DNA of 63,858 bases, filler included, from Welwitschia mirabilis (GCA_051453625.1; 5 parts of one record of this genome joined end to end with filler, not necessarily neighbours in it); one strand, 5' to 3'. Counted from the first letter of the whole stretch, positions 23,020 through 36,511 are shown. Program-made: numbers and translations. The notes: a model not told the origin generated them from the sequence alone.

Positions 23020-25706
23020 ATGAATATTCCAAAGATTGAATACATCAGACATCTACCATCTGTGCCTTTACTAGGTCTTGATTACTACATAGATTCTAAT
23101 CCTAAATGGCATATGTTATCATTATCCTTAAGATATGTATCTTCTTTTATACTTTTTCTTAGGTATGACATTCCACATAAATGTAGGACTATGGATCTTC
23201 AGGTAATTGTCACTGCATAGTATTTTAGATTTTAATAGACATACTAATTGAAAATGCACTTCTAAAGTATTTATGAAAATATCATCTTATAGAGCTTGAA
23301 TTTGCATTCATTTTGCTAATATATTATCTTTTGTGGTTATTTCAACTTCTAACTGAATTTTATTCTAGGGAATTATTTAGTAGCTAGTATTAACAATTGT
23401 GGAATAAAGGGTGCTTAGTCTTGTACATGGTTTACTATTTTATTGGACAACACCAACATTTAGAAAGGCCTTTTTTAATCTTCTAAAAGCCTTCAATGGA
23501 TATGGCTTATTTTGACTTCATCTTAAAATTGTTCACAAATAACTCATATTGTTTTGGCATAATTGATATACCTTTATAATATTTCACTGTTTGTGTGGTT
23601 TATACTATTACCTGCCATCTTGATTTCTATTCCTATTTGCTTCATCAGACTTAATAGCATATGCAATGTAACATCATAGTTATAATGAATCATTTTATAG
23701 AATATTCCCAAATCATTTTAAAGAACATTTTTATTTCTATTCCAACATGTTTTTAATTTTGACATTTATTCTGCATGAAGCCTTTTATATTTGACCTGTT
23801 AGAAGTATTATGTATTAGTTTAAACATTTGTTTGTTCACTGAATGGAATTTATCATTTTCACTTGTTACTCAACTATGATGTAGCTGAGGCTATTCTTCT
23901 AGCTTTTCAACATTGTATATTGATGTTGGGATCTACTATTATAATTCCATCATTGCTAGTTTCTATGATGGAAGGAAGCGATGTAAGCTTTATTTCAACT
24001 TTAGATATATCTACTATTATCAAAATTTCACCAAGATTTTTATAACCACTACTAACTCATCTTACTTTTGCTATTATAAGATAGTATGACAAAGTAAGAG
24101 TAATACAAAATTTACTGTTTGTTTCTAGCCTCAATACATTATGATAATCATGTTTTGGAACTTGACTACCTATAATTATCCATTGTTCATTTGCATTCGT
24201 CATACTGGTTCTTTTAATTATCACTGATTCCAATTTTTTGATCCTATAGGATCTAAAAGAGGTCTTCTTTTAGTCCATTTTTTTAGTAGGATTACCTTAA
24301 GTTATAAAAGCTATAATAAGTATCCCTAGCTCATTTTTTAAAAATGTAATCTTTTTTGGTTCAGAGGTTCCATCATATTATGCATGCTATTCAAGGTATC
24401 TTGATAATTTTATCCAACATACAAATCATACTTAGATACAACTAGTATACAAATCATACTATGCATTCTATTCTAGTGCTTCATTGAGATAGTCTTTTTT
24501 CAAATTTTCTATGCTAAAGAATCACTATCCAAATAATGATTTAACTTTATAATGCATTTTCTAGTCATTTCTAGCATAGAAATCAAAACTGGATATAGCC
24601 AGCTATGGGACATCTTCTACTTTTTTTTTGAAAATACTATTGTGTTATATAATGGCATGCTTATCTTTATCTAATATAGATAATGTTCTGGCTAATTTTT
24701 ATAATGACAGATAGGAAAATGTGTACTATTATTTCAAAGGCAATTTTTTTATTTATTGAAACTACATGATCATCTTAGGGAATGGTTCTTTAGAAGTCTA
24801 GAATTAATTTATCTTATCTTAATTTTAGTATCTAAAGAATATGGAGGTGAAAGATCTATCCATCTTTAAGAGACTTGCAACACTAATGTGTATAGCATTA
24901 GTCTAGGCTTATGCACATTTACTAATAGCAGGTGGCACTTACACATATGCACAAGCCATAACAAAGAATCATTATCCAATGAACCACTCCCATTTGCTAT
25001 CAATCATATCTTGTATTAAGTTGTGCCTTAAACTATCATTTTAAGCCTCATTTTTTATGTCATCTACATTTACTTCATGCATTATTGACTAGCATATCAT
25101 CTACATTTGCTTTATGCAGTATTGATTAGTGTACTTTTACAACATTTTTCTTCACTATGTGTAGTATTAAACTGTCATACCCATTTTAATGGGGAACTCC
25201 TATTTTTGATGTTGGTCATTCATTTGGAATGGTTGCTGTTGTTATGGTTTTTTTGATTGAGGTAAGGGTAGTTGTCCCATAAATTTAGTAGTTTAGCTTC
25301 ACATCTCAAATTTATAGGCAGAAAAAATAAATGTATGACCTAAAGAATAGACAAATTTCTTGGTTTATTTATTTTTACCTTTTAAGTATCTTAAGTTTTA
25401 GTCATTGATCATTATTCTAACCTCTAATGTAATCATTAGGAGCTTATATTACTACATTGAGGCTTAGAAGTGTCACATCTCCTCTTGCATATTTTCTTAG
25501 TCAAGGGATTGGATGGCAGGTGTTGCATGGCTTTCTTAAAATTGTTGTCTATTTTGATAATTTTTTCTACTATTATATCCAAGCACCAAATTAACTATTA
25601 AATTAAATCTTAGTCTTTGATGATAAATTTTCCTTCTTTTATAGTAGAGATTTGGGATATTACTTAGTGGACTTTTTGGGGCTGTGACTGGTTCTATAGG
25701 ATCTAT
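23020..25706 (+). pseudogene. NAT: Intron-containing, 3'-truncated nucleobase-ascorbate transporter pseudogene (NAT1/2/3-like)
   Basis: Collinear exons: 23020-23110 (GLDYYIDSNPKW), 23885-23982 (EAILLAFQHCILMLGSTIIIPSLLV), 24085-24261 (DKVRVIQNLLFV...FGT*LP), 24365-~24476 (RFHHIMHAIQG), ~24711 (IGKCV), 24829-~25013 (YLKN...V*AYAHLL), 25165-25261 (YPF*WGTPIFDVGHSFGM), 25433-25519 (LSQGIGWQ), 25648-~25706 (GILLSGLFGAVTGS). Most AG/GT sites remain; multiple in-frame stops. Confidence 0.93.
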
Positions 25707-26409
25707 GAGAGCCTATAGTTTATACTTAGGGTGAATTTCATGCTTTACATAATAGAGTTAAACAACTTTACATAGGGTAATTAAATCGGCTTAATTAAAT
25801 CAAAAACCCAAGGTATTTTTCATACTAGATTACTTAATCTATCCAATATTGGAACTTCATTTATTATTTTATTATTCATTTGTTATGTTTTTGAAATTTG
25901 AATGATATAGAAGATGTGGTCATAGCAACATATCTCAATGTATTTTCTTCCTTTTTCACGATTTTGTAGGATCTATAGAAGGATGCATATTCCATGGAGG
26001 AATTGTTAGAGACAGAAGAGATACTAATAAAGCACATTACTAATGACAAGATAGCTAATTTCAATAGTCCAAATTTCAACATTGCTTATAAAATATTTTT
26101 TATCTTTTTGTCATATTCCTTGGTTTTCATAGGCTTAGATCAAAGTAACATATATGATTGTATCATTCCTAGTATATTCATGTGCTTCCAGTAAAGATAT
26201 AGAGGACTCTAAAGAAAAGTTATGAGAAAAGAGCTAGCACCACTAGGGTGCAAGTTTGGATTCCATTATTCAATGCTTTTAGNNNNNNNNNNNNNNNNNN
26301 NNNNNNNNNNNNNNNNNNNNNNNNNNNNNNNNNNNNNNNNNNNNNNNNNNNNNNNNNNNNNNNNNNNNNNNNNNNNNNNNNNNNNNNNNNNNNNNNNGCT
26401 CTATGTAGT

Positions 26410-26671
26410 ATAGCTTTTGAGGTGTTTCTTTGCAAAAATGTCTTAAAAGCCTTAAGGCTTTTGAAGTGTTTCTTAGAAAATGCCTTAATAGATGTTTTAA
26501 GGATTTTGAGGCATTTATGCCATAGAAATGCCTTAAATGTCCTTTTGAGGCATTTATCCCATAAAAATGCAGGCATTTATCCCATAAAAATGCCTCAAAA
26601 TAATTTTAAGGCATTTCTTGGAAAAATACCTTAAAATATGTTTTAAGACATTTTTATTAAAATGCCTTAGA
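26410..26671. repeat. CACTA right subterminal repeat array
   Basis: Alternating TTTT(G/A)AGGCATTT and AAATGCCT(T/C)AA motifs, the same motif as the array at 19200-19450. Confidence 0.8.
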
Positions 26672-27827
26672 NNNNNNNNNNNNNNNNNNNNNNNNNNNNN
26701 NNNNNNNNNNNNNNNNNNNNNNNNNNNNNNNNNNNNNNNNNNNNNNNNNNNNNNNNNNNNNNNNNNNNNNNNNNNNNNNNNNNNNNNNNNNNNNNNNNNN
26801 NNNNNNNNNNNNNNNNNNNNNNNNNNNNNNNNNNNNNNNNNNNNNNNNNNNNNNNNNNNNNNNNNNNNNNNNNNNNNNNNNNNNNNNNNNNNNNNNNNNN
26901 NNNNNNNNNNNNNNNNNNNNNNNNNNNNNNNNNNNNNNNNNNNNNNNNNNNNNNNNNNNNNNNNNNNNNNNNNNNNNNNNNNNNNNNNNNNNNNNNNNNN
27001 NNNNNNNNNNNNNNNNNNNNNNNNNNNNNNNNNNNNNNNNNNNNNNNNNNNNNNNNNNNNNNNNNNNNNNNNNNNNNNNNNNNNNNNNNNNNNNNNNNNN
27101 NNNNNNNNNNNNNNNNNNNNNNNNNNNNNNNNNNNNNNNNNNNNNNNNNNNNNNNNNNNNNNNNNNNNNNNNNNNNNNNNNNNNNNNNNNNNNNNNNNNN
27201 NNNNNNNNNNNNNNNNNNNNNNNNNNNNNNNNNNNNNNNNNNNNNNNNNNNNNNNNNNNNNNNNNNNNNNNNNNNNNNNNNNNNNNNNNNNNNNNNNNNN
27301 NNNNNNNNNNNNNNNNNNNNNNNNNNNNNNNNNNNNNNNNNNNNNNNNNNNNNNNNNNNNNNNNNNNNNNNNNNNNNNNNNNNNNNNNNNNNNNNNNNNN
27401 NNNNNNNNNNNNNNNNNNNNNNNNNNNNNNNNNNNNNNNNNNNNNNNNNNNNNNNNNNNNNNNNNNNNNNNNNNNNNNNNNNNNNNNNNNNNNNNNNNNN
27501 NNNNNNNNNNNNNNNNNNNNNNNNNNNNNNNNNNNNNNNNNNNNNNNNNNNNNNNNAATGATCTACAAGGCCAAATTGACTTCATTGAATATATTTAGAA
27601 CACTATCATTCCCTTCATCATCCAAATGATAATAAACATGATACCATTTATTCACTAATAAGGATGAGAACTAGATCAAATATGGAAGTTAATGTGAGAC
27701 CTCTTTTGACATGGCATTATCCCCTCCATCATATGGATGTTAGTAGGGATGACACCTAATTTTAGTTAATACATCAAACTTCGTCTAACTTCTGTGATGT
27801 GTTATGCATGTCCTATACATCAATAGG

Positions 27828-27927
27828 NNNNNNNNNNNNNNNNNNNNNNNNNNNNNNNNNNNNNNNNNNNNTTAATTAATTAANNNNNNNNNNNNNNNNN
27901 NNNNNNNNNNNNNNNNNNNNNNNNNNN
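27828..27927. other. Artificial scaffold linker
   Basis: 44 N, TTAATTAATTAA (stops in all six frames), 44 N. Confidence 0.95.
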
Positions 27928-27999
27928 TGTGTGTGTGTGTACACATATACATATTCGTTAACTTCATAAATTATTATTTAACTTTCATAATAAATAGAT

Positions 28000-29250
28000 T
28001 TCTAATTTTTACTATAAAAATTCATTCTAATCAACTTCAATCCCTAAAGTTTTCATCCCACAAAAAGATAAATTTTCCTCAAGTTTGAAGTAATTTTACA
28101 TGAGATAGTTACATCTTTAGAAAATTACTCCATGTTCTTTAGAAAGATTAGCAAATTGATACATGAAGTGGAAATAAAACACACCAAGAATCAAAGATAT
28201 AAGTAAGGGATGTTGATAACTATAGTAAAATTAAATAAATATGTCATCATCATTAAATGTAAAATAAGAATGCAAGTTTTGATGATGAATAAAATGATAT
28301 GATCTTAGAAATTATGGAACATGATACATTAATGACTTTGAAATGTTTTAAGTTAAGGAATAAAAACAAATATATTTTAATAGAACATATTCAATTTAAA
28401 GTTGACCACTCCCTCATGGTCTCTTATTTTCAAGTAAAAATACATTATTTAAAATTAGTAAGACATTATAGTTTTGTTTGAATAATGTAGATAACTATAA
28501 TAGTATACTAATTGAAATTAACATATCCTAGTCATGATCAATAAAAATCAACTTAAAAAGATGGATGCAAAGTAATGATACTTTTGATTATGCAGTAATC
28601 ATGACATACTTCAATGTGTACCTTTTTCTAGGTTAGATTCCTTCCATTACAGAGTGTTCATTTCTAAACCACTAATATTGCTTTCATTATAACTTATAAA
28701 ATACATTAGATAGAAGATAGGCCATTAAGAAACTTTATCTCAAATATGGTAATCCCTAAAACAAATTAGTATTGGTCATTATAAAATACTTTTATAGTTT
28801 ACATTTATATACAAATATATAGAATCATATTTTTTTAAATAATTNNNNNNNNNNNNNNNNNNNNNNNNNNNNNNNNNNNNNNNNNNNNNNNNNNNNNNNN
28901 NNNNNNNNNNNNNNNNNNNNNNNNNNNNNNNNNNNNNNNNNNNNTTTTAAATAATTTTTCTTTTCTTCTCTCCATGGAATGCAACTTATACATATATCAA
29001 ATTACTAATAACTTATAGCATTAGAATGAAGTTGATGAAGAGACATAGCATACAACGTAAACAACTTAATTAAACACAATTTCATTTTATGGAATAAAGG
29101 TTCATAGGCATGTGAATACCTCTTAATTGGTTGAAATCCAATTAATTGTCCATAGGTTAAAAAAGCATTAAATTCTTAAATAGACCATTTTAATGATAAA
29201 ATTCATACAAGCATAAGTGGTGAACAACCTTTCAAGAAAAAAAATGCTCT
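28000..29250 (-). pseudogene. Possible highly decayed CACTA Tnp2-type transposase remnant
   Basis: Minus-strand pieces in the expected order: NAFLTYGQLIG (cf. NDFPAYGxLSG) near 29150, HDY near 28600, KRP*GS (cf. RPEGS) near 28410, GIEVD*NEF (cf. GxKxDxxGF) near 28040. Confidence 0.4.
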
Positions 29251-29616
29251 ACTAAATCATTTGATTTAAGTATAATAATAGTCCAAAACCATTGTTCCTT
29301 TACTTTGTATTTTTCTTTATGTTAAAAGTTCTATTTTCTAGCTTAGTCATTGACTTATAGTTTTTTAGTAAAATAAGGATAAATGATTTAGAGATCAATT
29401 TATAAAAACATGAAAACTATATAATCATTTTTAAAGAAAATCAATTAGTTAGAAATAAAATATATTAATAGCATCTTGATGGCACAAATTTTAGTAGCAA
29501 AATAAGATACAAGGTATTAATACATTTCATTAAAAAAATCTCTTTTCAAATTGGTGTAAGTTATTATAAGTGTTATTTTTACTTAATGATTATAATTGAT
29601 AATTATTAATAATACT

Positions 29617-30593
29617 TGTTGTTATGTGTATTTATGCAAGCTTTTATATTCAAATAGATTCTATCATTAATAATTAAAATAGATATTTCGCACAATACAT
29701 CATACTAGTATAATGGAAGTGACTCGAAATGTTATATCTCAAGGAAGTCTATGAGTATAAGACTCAGGTTGCTTTGCAAATAAATTAGGAACTAGAAATA
29801 ATAAATAACAATGTAAGAAAAAAAAATACCATGCAAGATGCAATCTAAACTAATATGCAATGCAAAATAATCCTAATCCTGCTTTCTTTCAACCTTAACA
29901 AAGGCTGCCCTTAATAATCTATATCATCCAAGAAATTATCACCAGATCAAGGGCAACATAGAATATAAGGGTAATTAGAAAACCTAACATGCAAACATAA
30001 AATCAAAGCAAGATTTATATGAAAGAGTAATAATATCTAGGTTACAAAACAGTTAAGTCTTAATGAAAGATACTTATCCCTCCACCAATTGCTTGTCTTT
30101 CTACAACACTCAAGATAGATCTCGCATCCTTTACTCTCCTATCATGAGAATATGTAATGCATAGAAGAAGATAAGAAGAGTTGAAGGGGTATTTATTTAT
30201 AAGAAAATACAATAGAAAAGGANNNNNNNNNNNNNNNNNNNNNNNNNNNNNNNNNNNNNNNNNNNNNNNNNNNNNNNNNNNNNNNNNNNNNNNNNNNNNN
30301 NNNNNNNNNNNNNNNNNNNNNNNNNNNNNNNNNNNNNNNNNNNNNNNNNNNNNNNNNNNNNNNNNNNNNNNNNNNNNNNNNNNNNNNNNNNNNNNNNNNN
30401 NNNNNNNNNNNNNNNNNNNNNNNNNNNNNNNNNNNNNNNNNNNNNNNNNNNNNNNNNNNNNNNNNNNNNNNNNNNNNNNNAAGATTTTCTCTTGTATCTC
30501 CAAAATTGTCAGAATTACACTTAAACTTGTATAAAAGTCCTGCATAACAACTCATAAAACCCAATCAAATAATTATAAATTGAAAATTCAACA
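29617..30593 (-). repeat. 3' LTR
   Basis: TGTTG...CAACA termini; aligns with 36512-37733. Confidence 0.9.
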
Positions 30594-33500
30594 TAGCCCT
30601 TCACTTAGCCTTTGTCAGTCCCTGATAAAAACTAGACAGAAAATCCATAACTGTGAACCAATTTATTTTTTAGAGGATAAATCTAGAAATCATAAAATAG
30701 GCTCATAAAAACATATCACATGGATAGATAATAAGTAANNNNNNNNNNNNNNNNNNNNNNNNNNNNNNNNNNNNNNNNNNNNNNNNNNNNNNNNNNNNNN
30801 NNNNNNNNNNNNNNNNNNNNNNNNNNNNNNNNNNNNNNNNNNNNNNNNNNNNNNNNNNNNNNNNNNNNNNNNNNNNNNNNNNNNNNNNNNNNNNNNNNNN
30901 NNNNNNNNNNNNNNNNNNNNNNNNNNNNNNNNNNNNNNNNNNNNNNNNNNNNNNNNNNNNNNNNNNNNNNNNNNNNNNNNNNNNNNNNNNNNNNNNNNNN
31001 NNNNNNNNNNNNNNNNNNNNNNNNNNNNNNNNNNNNNNNNNNNNNNNNNNNNNNNNNNNNNNNNNNNNNNNNNNNNNNNNNNNNNNNNNNNNNNNNNNNN
31101 NNNNNNNNNNNNNNNNNNNNNNNNNNNNNNNNNNNNNNNNNNNNNNNNNNNNNNNNNNNNNNNNNNNNNNNNNNNNNNNNNNNNNNNNNNNNNNNNNNNN
31201 NNNNNNNNNNNNNNNNNNNNNNNNNNNNNNNNNNNNNNNNNNNNNNNNNNNNNNNNNNNNNNNNNNNNNNNNNNNNNNNNGTAGCGATTATGATAATGCT
31301 AGAGTAATATGTTGTAAACATTGAACGATTAAACCAAAGAATTGGTTAAAAATGAACTCTCCTACCATTATCTCAAAACAAACACCCAAATCTTAAGAAA
31401 TGAAATGATCAAGTGAAAAGAATAAGAGTCTAGAAAATAATCAACACTTTTGATGACACTAGGAATACCACTAATCCATAGCCTAATAGTTTAAATACAA
31501 CTTTATTACCAATGATGAGGGGAGTGCAACCACTGTCATAGAAGTAAGGATCCATGAAGCATGGCTAATTGACCTCCTAGTGAAGTTCCCACAACTACCA
31601 TATTACACTACCAAAGGCTCCTCTTAAAAATATTTATCCTAATGTACTTGTGGTANNNNNNNNNNNNNNNNNNNNNNNNNNNNNNNNNNNNNNNNNNNNN
31701 NNNNNNNNNNNNNNNNNNNNNNNNNNNNNNNNNNNNNNNNNAAAGTTTAGGATAAAAAAGAACATTCTAAAATAACATATGCCCTTTCACCATTGAGAAA
31801 AACATAAAAAATAAAGCATCTTCCTTCCATTGATGTTCATGGACTTGTAAATGTCTTAAGAATGAGTGAATCCGATCTTACTACTAAAATGTCCAAGACA
31901 AAGACTAGTTATGGAAATAAATACATAAGTCAAGTTTGAAAAATAATCAAGTAATGCAATAATAATATTTCAAAGTAAAAAGCTAAGAAAAAATTTAGAT
32001 GGTTTTCTTATGTAATTTCAATTTTTCCCATTTAATTCTTGTAATTCTCAAGCAGTCAAGTCAAAAATCTCAATAAAATCATAAAAATGTATTTTCTTAA
32101 AATAACAGAAAGTAAAAATCAACATTTTATTAACTATCGTCCTGCTTATTGTCTAGATGACAGAGAGGACAATAGAGGCAGAGAAATAAAAAATTTGTAG
32201 AAAAGATAGAAATTTATTAGAAAACCAAAAAAATTAAAAACTGATTATCATCTACCTAGTCATAAGAATAACATAGGAGAGATAGATTATTATGACAAAA
32301 ACAAAAATAGAAAACTACAAATAGAAATATAAATAGAGAACAAAAAATGAAAAAAGAAACTCTGAAAATAGAAAACTAAAAAGAAAATTTTAAGCAAATT
32401 TTTATTCAAATCCTAAACCTAAAAACATACTTTTATTTGAAAAGAAAGAAAGGAAAATCAAGGATTTATTGCGGTCTCAAGTTTTTAAGAGAAGTAAGGT
32501 TCAAACTAGAAATTCACTAATTGATAAGACATAAAAGATGTAAAATTATTTCTAAGTAAAATCAATTTGATGAAGAAAGAACTAATGAAGAGCACTCTAT
32601 GATGCCACATTAAAGCATATATTTTGGAAGTCAAAGGGAAGAGAAAAGGTAACTCCAATAAAAGATTTTTATAAAATGCAAGAGTTCTACCTTTAAGTTT
32701 ATTTTCNNNNNNNNNNNNNNNNNNNNNNNNNNNNNNNNNNNNNNNNNNNNNNNNNNNNNNNNNNNNNNNNNNNNNNNNNNNNNNNNNNNNNNNNNNNNNN
32801 NNNNNNTATTGGCAACATTTTTTTTTTCAAATTTAAATTATGATTTTTAATTTTTGACTTATGAAATAAATAATACCCTCATAATTTTTCTTGAAAAGTT
32901 GGACTTCCTTACACTTAAAAGGTTTTATTTCTTCTTCATTCTTAAGTTGATCATCACAAAACATATGCTCATTTGATTTCATTTCTCTTTCTTCAAGTGG
33001 ATGATGTTGTAGGAATAAGGTTGGTTTAATGTTTCTTTCATTATTCATTTCATCATCATCCAAATCTTTCTCAACTACATTAAAGACTCTAATTACAAAA
33101 GTTCTATTTCTAAAAGAACATTTTATGATTTCTGCTCTTGTATCAATGATGCAGTGGTCTATCACATGAAAGGCTCTACTTATAATTAAAGGATATTATG
33201 TGTTATTATTAACTTCTATGATCATTACATTAATGGGATAGCAAGCCTCTTCAATTTGTATTCCAAATCTTTTATGATGCCTAATGATTTCCTAACTGAT
33301 GTATCTACTAATTCTAAAATAACCGAGGTAGGCTCTATTCTATCCTCTAAACCAGGCCTCTTACAAATGTAAAGTGGCCTAATGTTAACACTCACTCAAA
33401 TTTTAATCAAAGATTTCCTTATCTTTTTGTTTCCCTCTACAGTAACATTCATCATTACTACTCATGGATCTTTAAATTTGGATGATTTTTGTAACACTAA

Positions 33501-36500
33501 ATTTGTGAGGNNNNNNNNNNNNNNNNNNNNNNNNNNNNNNNNNNNNNNNNNNNNNNNNNNNNNNNNNNNNNNNNNNNNNNNNNNNNNNNNNNNNNNNNNN
33601 NNNNNNNNNNTGATTTAATGTTTCTTTCATTGTTCATTTCATCATCACCCAAATCTTTCTCAGCTACATTAAAGACTCTAATTACAAAAGTTCTATTTTT
33701 AAAATAACATTTCATGATTCCTGCTCTTGTATCAATGATGCATTGGTCTATTGCATGAAAGGCTCTACTTATAATTAAAGGATATTATGTGTTATGATTA
33801 ACTTCTATGATTATTACATTAATGGGACAGCAAGCCTTTTCAATTTGTATTCCAAATCTTTTATGATGCCTAACGATTTCCTAACTGATGTATCTACTAA
33901 TTCTAAGATAACCGAGGTAGGCTCTATTCTATCCTCTAAACCAGACCTCTTACAAATGTAAAGTGGCCTAATGTTAACACTCACTCAAATTTTAATCAAA
34001 TATTTCCTTATCTTTTTGTTTCCCTCTACAGTAATATTCATCATTACTACTCATGGATCTTTAAATTTGGATGATTTTTGTAACACTAAATTTGTGAAGG
34101 ATTGGATAAGAAATACCTTACTAAGAATGACTCATTTTTCTTTTCTTCTAATTAAGTCTTTCTATAGTTTTAAATACCCCATATTNNNNNNNNNNNNNNN
34201 NNNNNNNNNNNNNNNNNNNNNNNNNNNNNNNNNNNNNNNNNNNNNNNNNNNNNNNNNNNNNNNNNNNNNNNNNNNNNNNNNNNNNNNNNNNNNNNNNNNN
34301 NNNNNNNNNNNNNNNNNNNNNNNNNNNNNNNNGTTGTAATCATCTAAAATATTAATGTTTTCTTCCTCTTCTTCTTCATTAATTTTGATTATGGAAGTTC
34401 ACATGGATAAGGGTTTATTACTTGTCCACTTATTATCACAACCTTGCAATCTCTTCTTAGTTTATTTGGGTTGAATAAAGGTTATTTAGGTAAATCTCCT
34501 TGAGGTCTTTGGTTTGCGAGCAATGTTTGTTAAAGGACATTTAACAAATTATATATTTTAGCATTTATTGCCTTTTGTATTCTTTTTATTTCATCCAAAG
34601 AGTTTGTAAGTTAATTATTTAATTGTTGAAAGTTGGATGAACTTGGTTGGTAATATGTATTTTTGAGTCAGTTTCTAAAAGGTTGAGGATTGTTTTAAAA
34701 ATATGTATTCAACTTAAGTTGTACCTAATTTTTATTTTAAACGTTTTAAGATGGTTGATTAAAAGCACAACTTCTTCACAAATTCTTTCTTTGTAAGTTA
34801 GTAAAAGAGGATAATTTTCAGTGACATGATAGTTGTCCTTACATAGATTACAAGTTGATACAACATTTTTTTTGATTGAGGTTTTAGCATCTAAAATCAT
34901 TTCCACATACTTCTTCAAGGTTTTTGTAAAATCTCTCATAGAATTTATAGGGTTGTCTTCTACCTCTTTTTGTTGCTTCACCTATTTGAAGTCCTTGATG
35001 AGTTGGCCTACTATTTGATTTTATTTTATTTAGGTGTTGATTAAGTTTTACTAACCTCTACAAGTTCTTTTAATTTTTTCTAGGCATCTTCTAAAGTAAG
35101 GTTCATTAGGTTTCCACTATAAGAGAAATCTACAAGTTGTTTTATGTGGGGTGTCAATCCACTATAAAAATGGTTTAGTTGTTTTACTCTNNNNNNNNNN
35201 CTTGTTTTAATTCTTTGATGAGTTGGCCTACCGTTTGTTTTTCTTTAGCTATTGACCAAGCTTTACTAACTTCTATAAGTTCTTCTATTTTTGTCTAGAC
35301 ATCTTCTAAATTAAGGTTCCTGAGATTTCCATCACAAGATAAATCTATAAGTTGTTTCATATGGGTATCAATCCACTATAAAAATAGTCTAGTTTTTCTA
35401 CTTTTGAAAAGGCATCTACTAAATTAAATTGAACTACTATAGAGAAACATTCATAGGTAGATGAATAATCTTTTTACAAAGGTTTCCTGGACTTGATCCA
35501 ATGTTTTTAGGATTTTGTAAGGTATAGTTTTTAGCCAAAGTTTTGCCCTACCCTTTAATGTCATGGGAAAAATTATTATATATGTTCTATCCATTATTTT
35601 TTTCCCCATTTCCTGAGGTGAGAATAAGTTATTCAATATCTCTAATATATTAAAAAGTGATTCTCATCATCTTCTCCACTAAAAGTGGGTAAGTATGTAA
35701 ATTTTCGAGCTCTATATCATCTCCTGGGAGTAGGTCCGAAGGTGTTTGAATTTCTCTTTTCTTATTGGCTAATAATTCTCTAAGGGTAAGATTGGCAAAA
35801 GATCCTACTACTTATTTTTACTTATGAGAAGAACCCGACATTGTAATTTAGTTCTATTCTTCTATAGGTTTTTTTGTTAAGAAAATTAGATATAGAAAAA
35901 AATAAATTTGGAAGGAGAATTGAGTGCACTTGGAGGTCTTCCAACTCTTTTTTTATGTTCACCAGTCCTTCTTTAATGTTCTTTTCTATCATTTTTTTTT
36001 CTCTGAGATATTTCTTCTCTAAGTTAACTATATCACAGCATCCTACAAATAGAAAATAATAAAAAATAGATAAAAAATATAATAGATCATTATCCTATAT
36101 GTCAAGGAATGATAGAGGGAACGATGCAAACAGAAATAGAAAAATAGAAATATAATTGAAACAAAAAATAGAGAGCAAAAAATATAGAAATAGTGTTGTC
36201 ATCCACCAGGTCATTCAGATATCACAAGAGATAATAGAAATTAATTTATTATAGAAAAAATCCAAATCCAAAAATAAAACTAGAAAAAAAAATAAAGTAT
36301 TGTCCTGACTATCGTGAGGAAAATAGAGGAAATGATCACAAATTTTATTACAGAAAATTAAAATCTAAAAATCCAAAACTAAAACATAGCACATAGAAAA
36401 CCTAAAGCTCCTAATAAAATATAACACCATATAGACAGAGGTCAATATACTTATCTGAATGATGATAACTTTTGTACTTCTTAGTAGCCTTTTTCAACAA

Positions 36501-36511
36501 TAGTGCTAATT

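Larger units (their letters stand above)
19185..26671. mobile_element. Non-autonomous CACTA (En/Spm) transposon carrying captured gene fragments; right terminus presumably inside the gap 26672-27556
   Basis: Begins CACTAGTAGAAA at 19185. The same subterminal motif TTTAAGGCATTTAT / ATAAATGCCTTAAA occurs in inverted arrays at 19200-19450 and 26410-26671. No transposase recognisable inside. Confidence 0.8.

Noticed and set aside
25994-26194. 66-aa ORF near the CACTA right end as a further NAT exon or TnpA piece
   Set aside because: No similarity to the NAT C-terminus and no recognisable transposase motif.
26554-27598. Long ORFs in the supplied track (e.g. 343 aa, 326 aa and other X-rich ORFs)
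   Set aside because: They are open only because they run through N gaps.
27872-27883. TTAATTAATTAA palindrome, repeated at 46031, 53297 and 61932
   Set aside because: Always centred in a 100-base N block, so it is an assembly linker and not biological.
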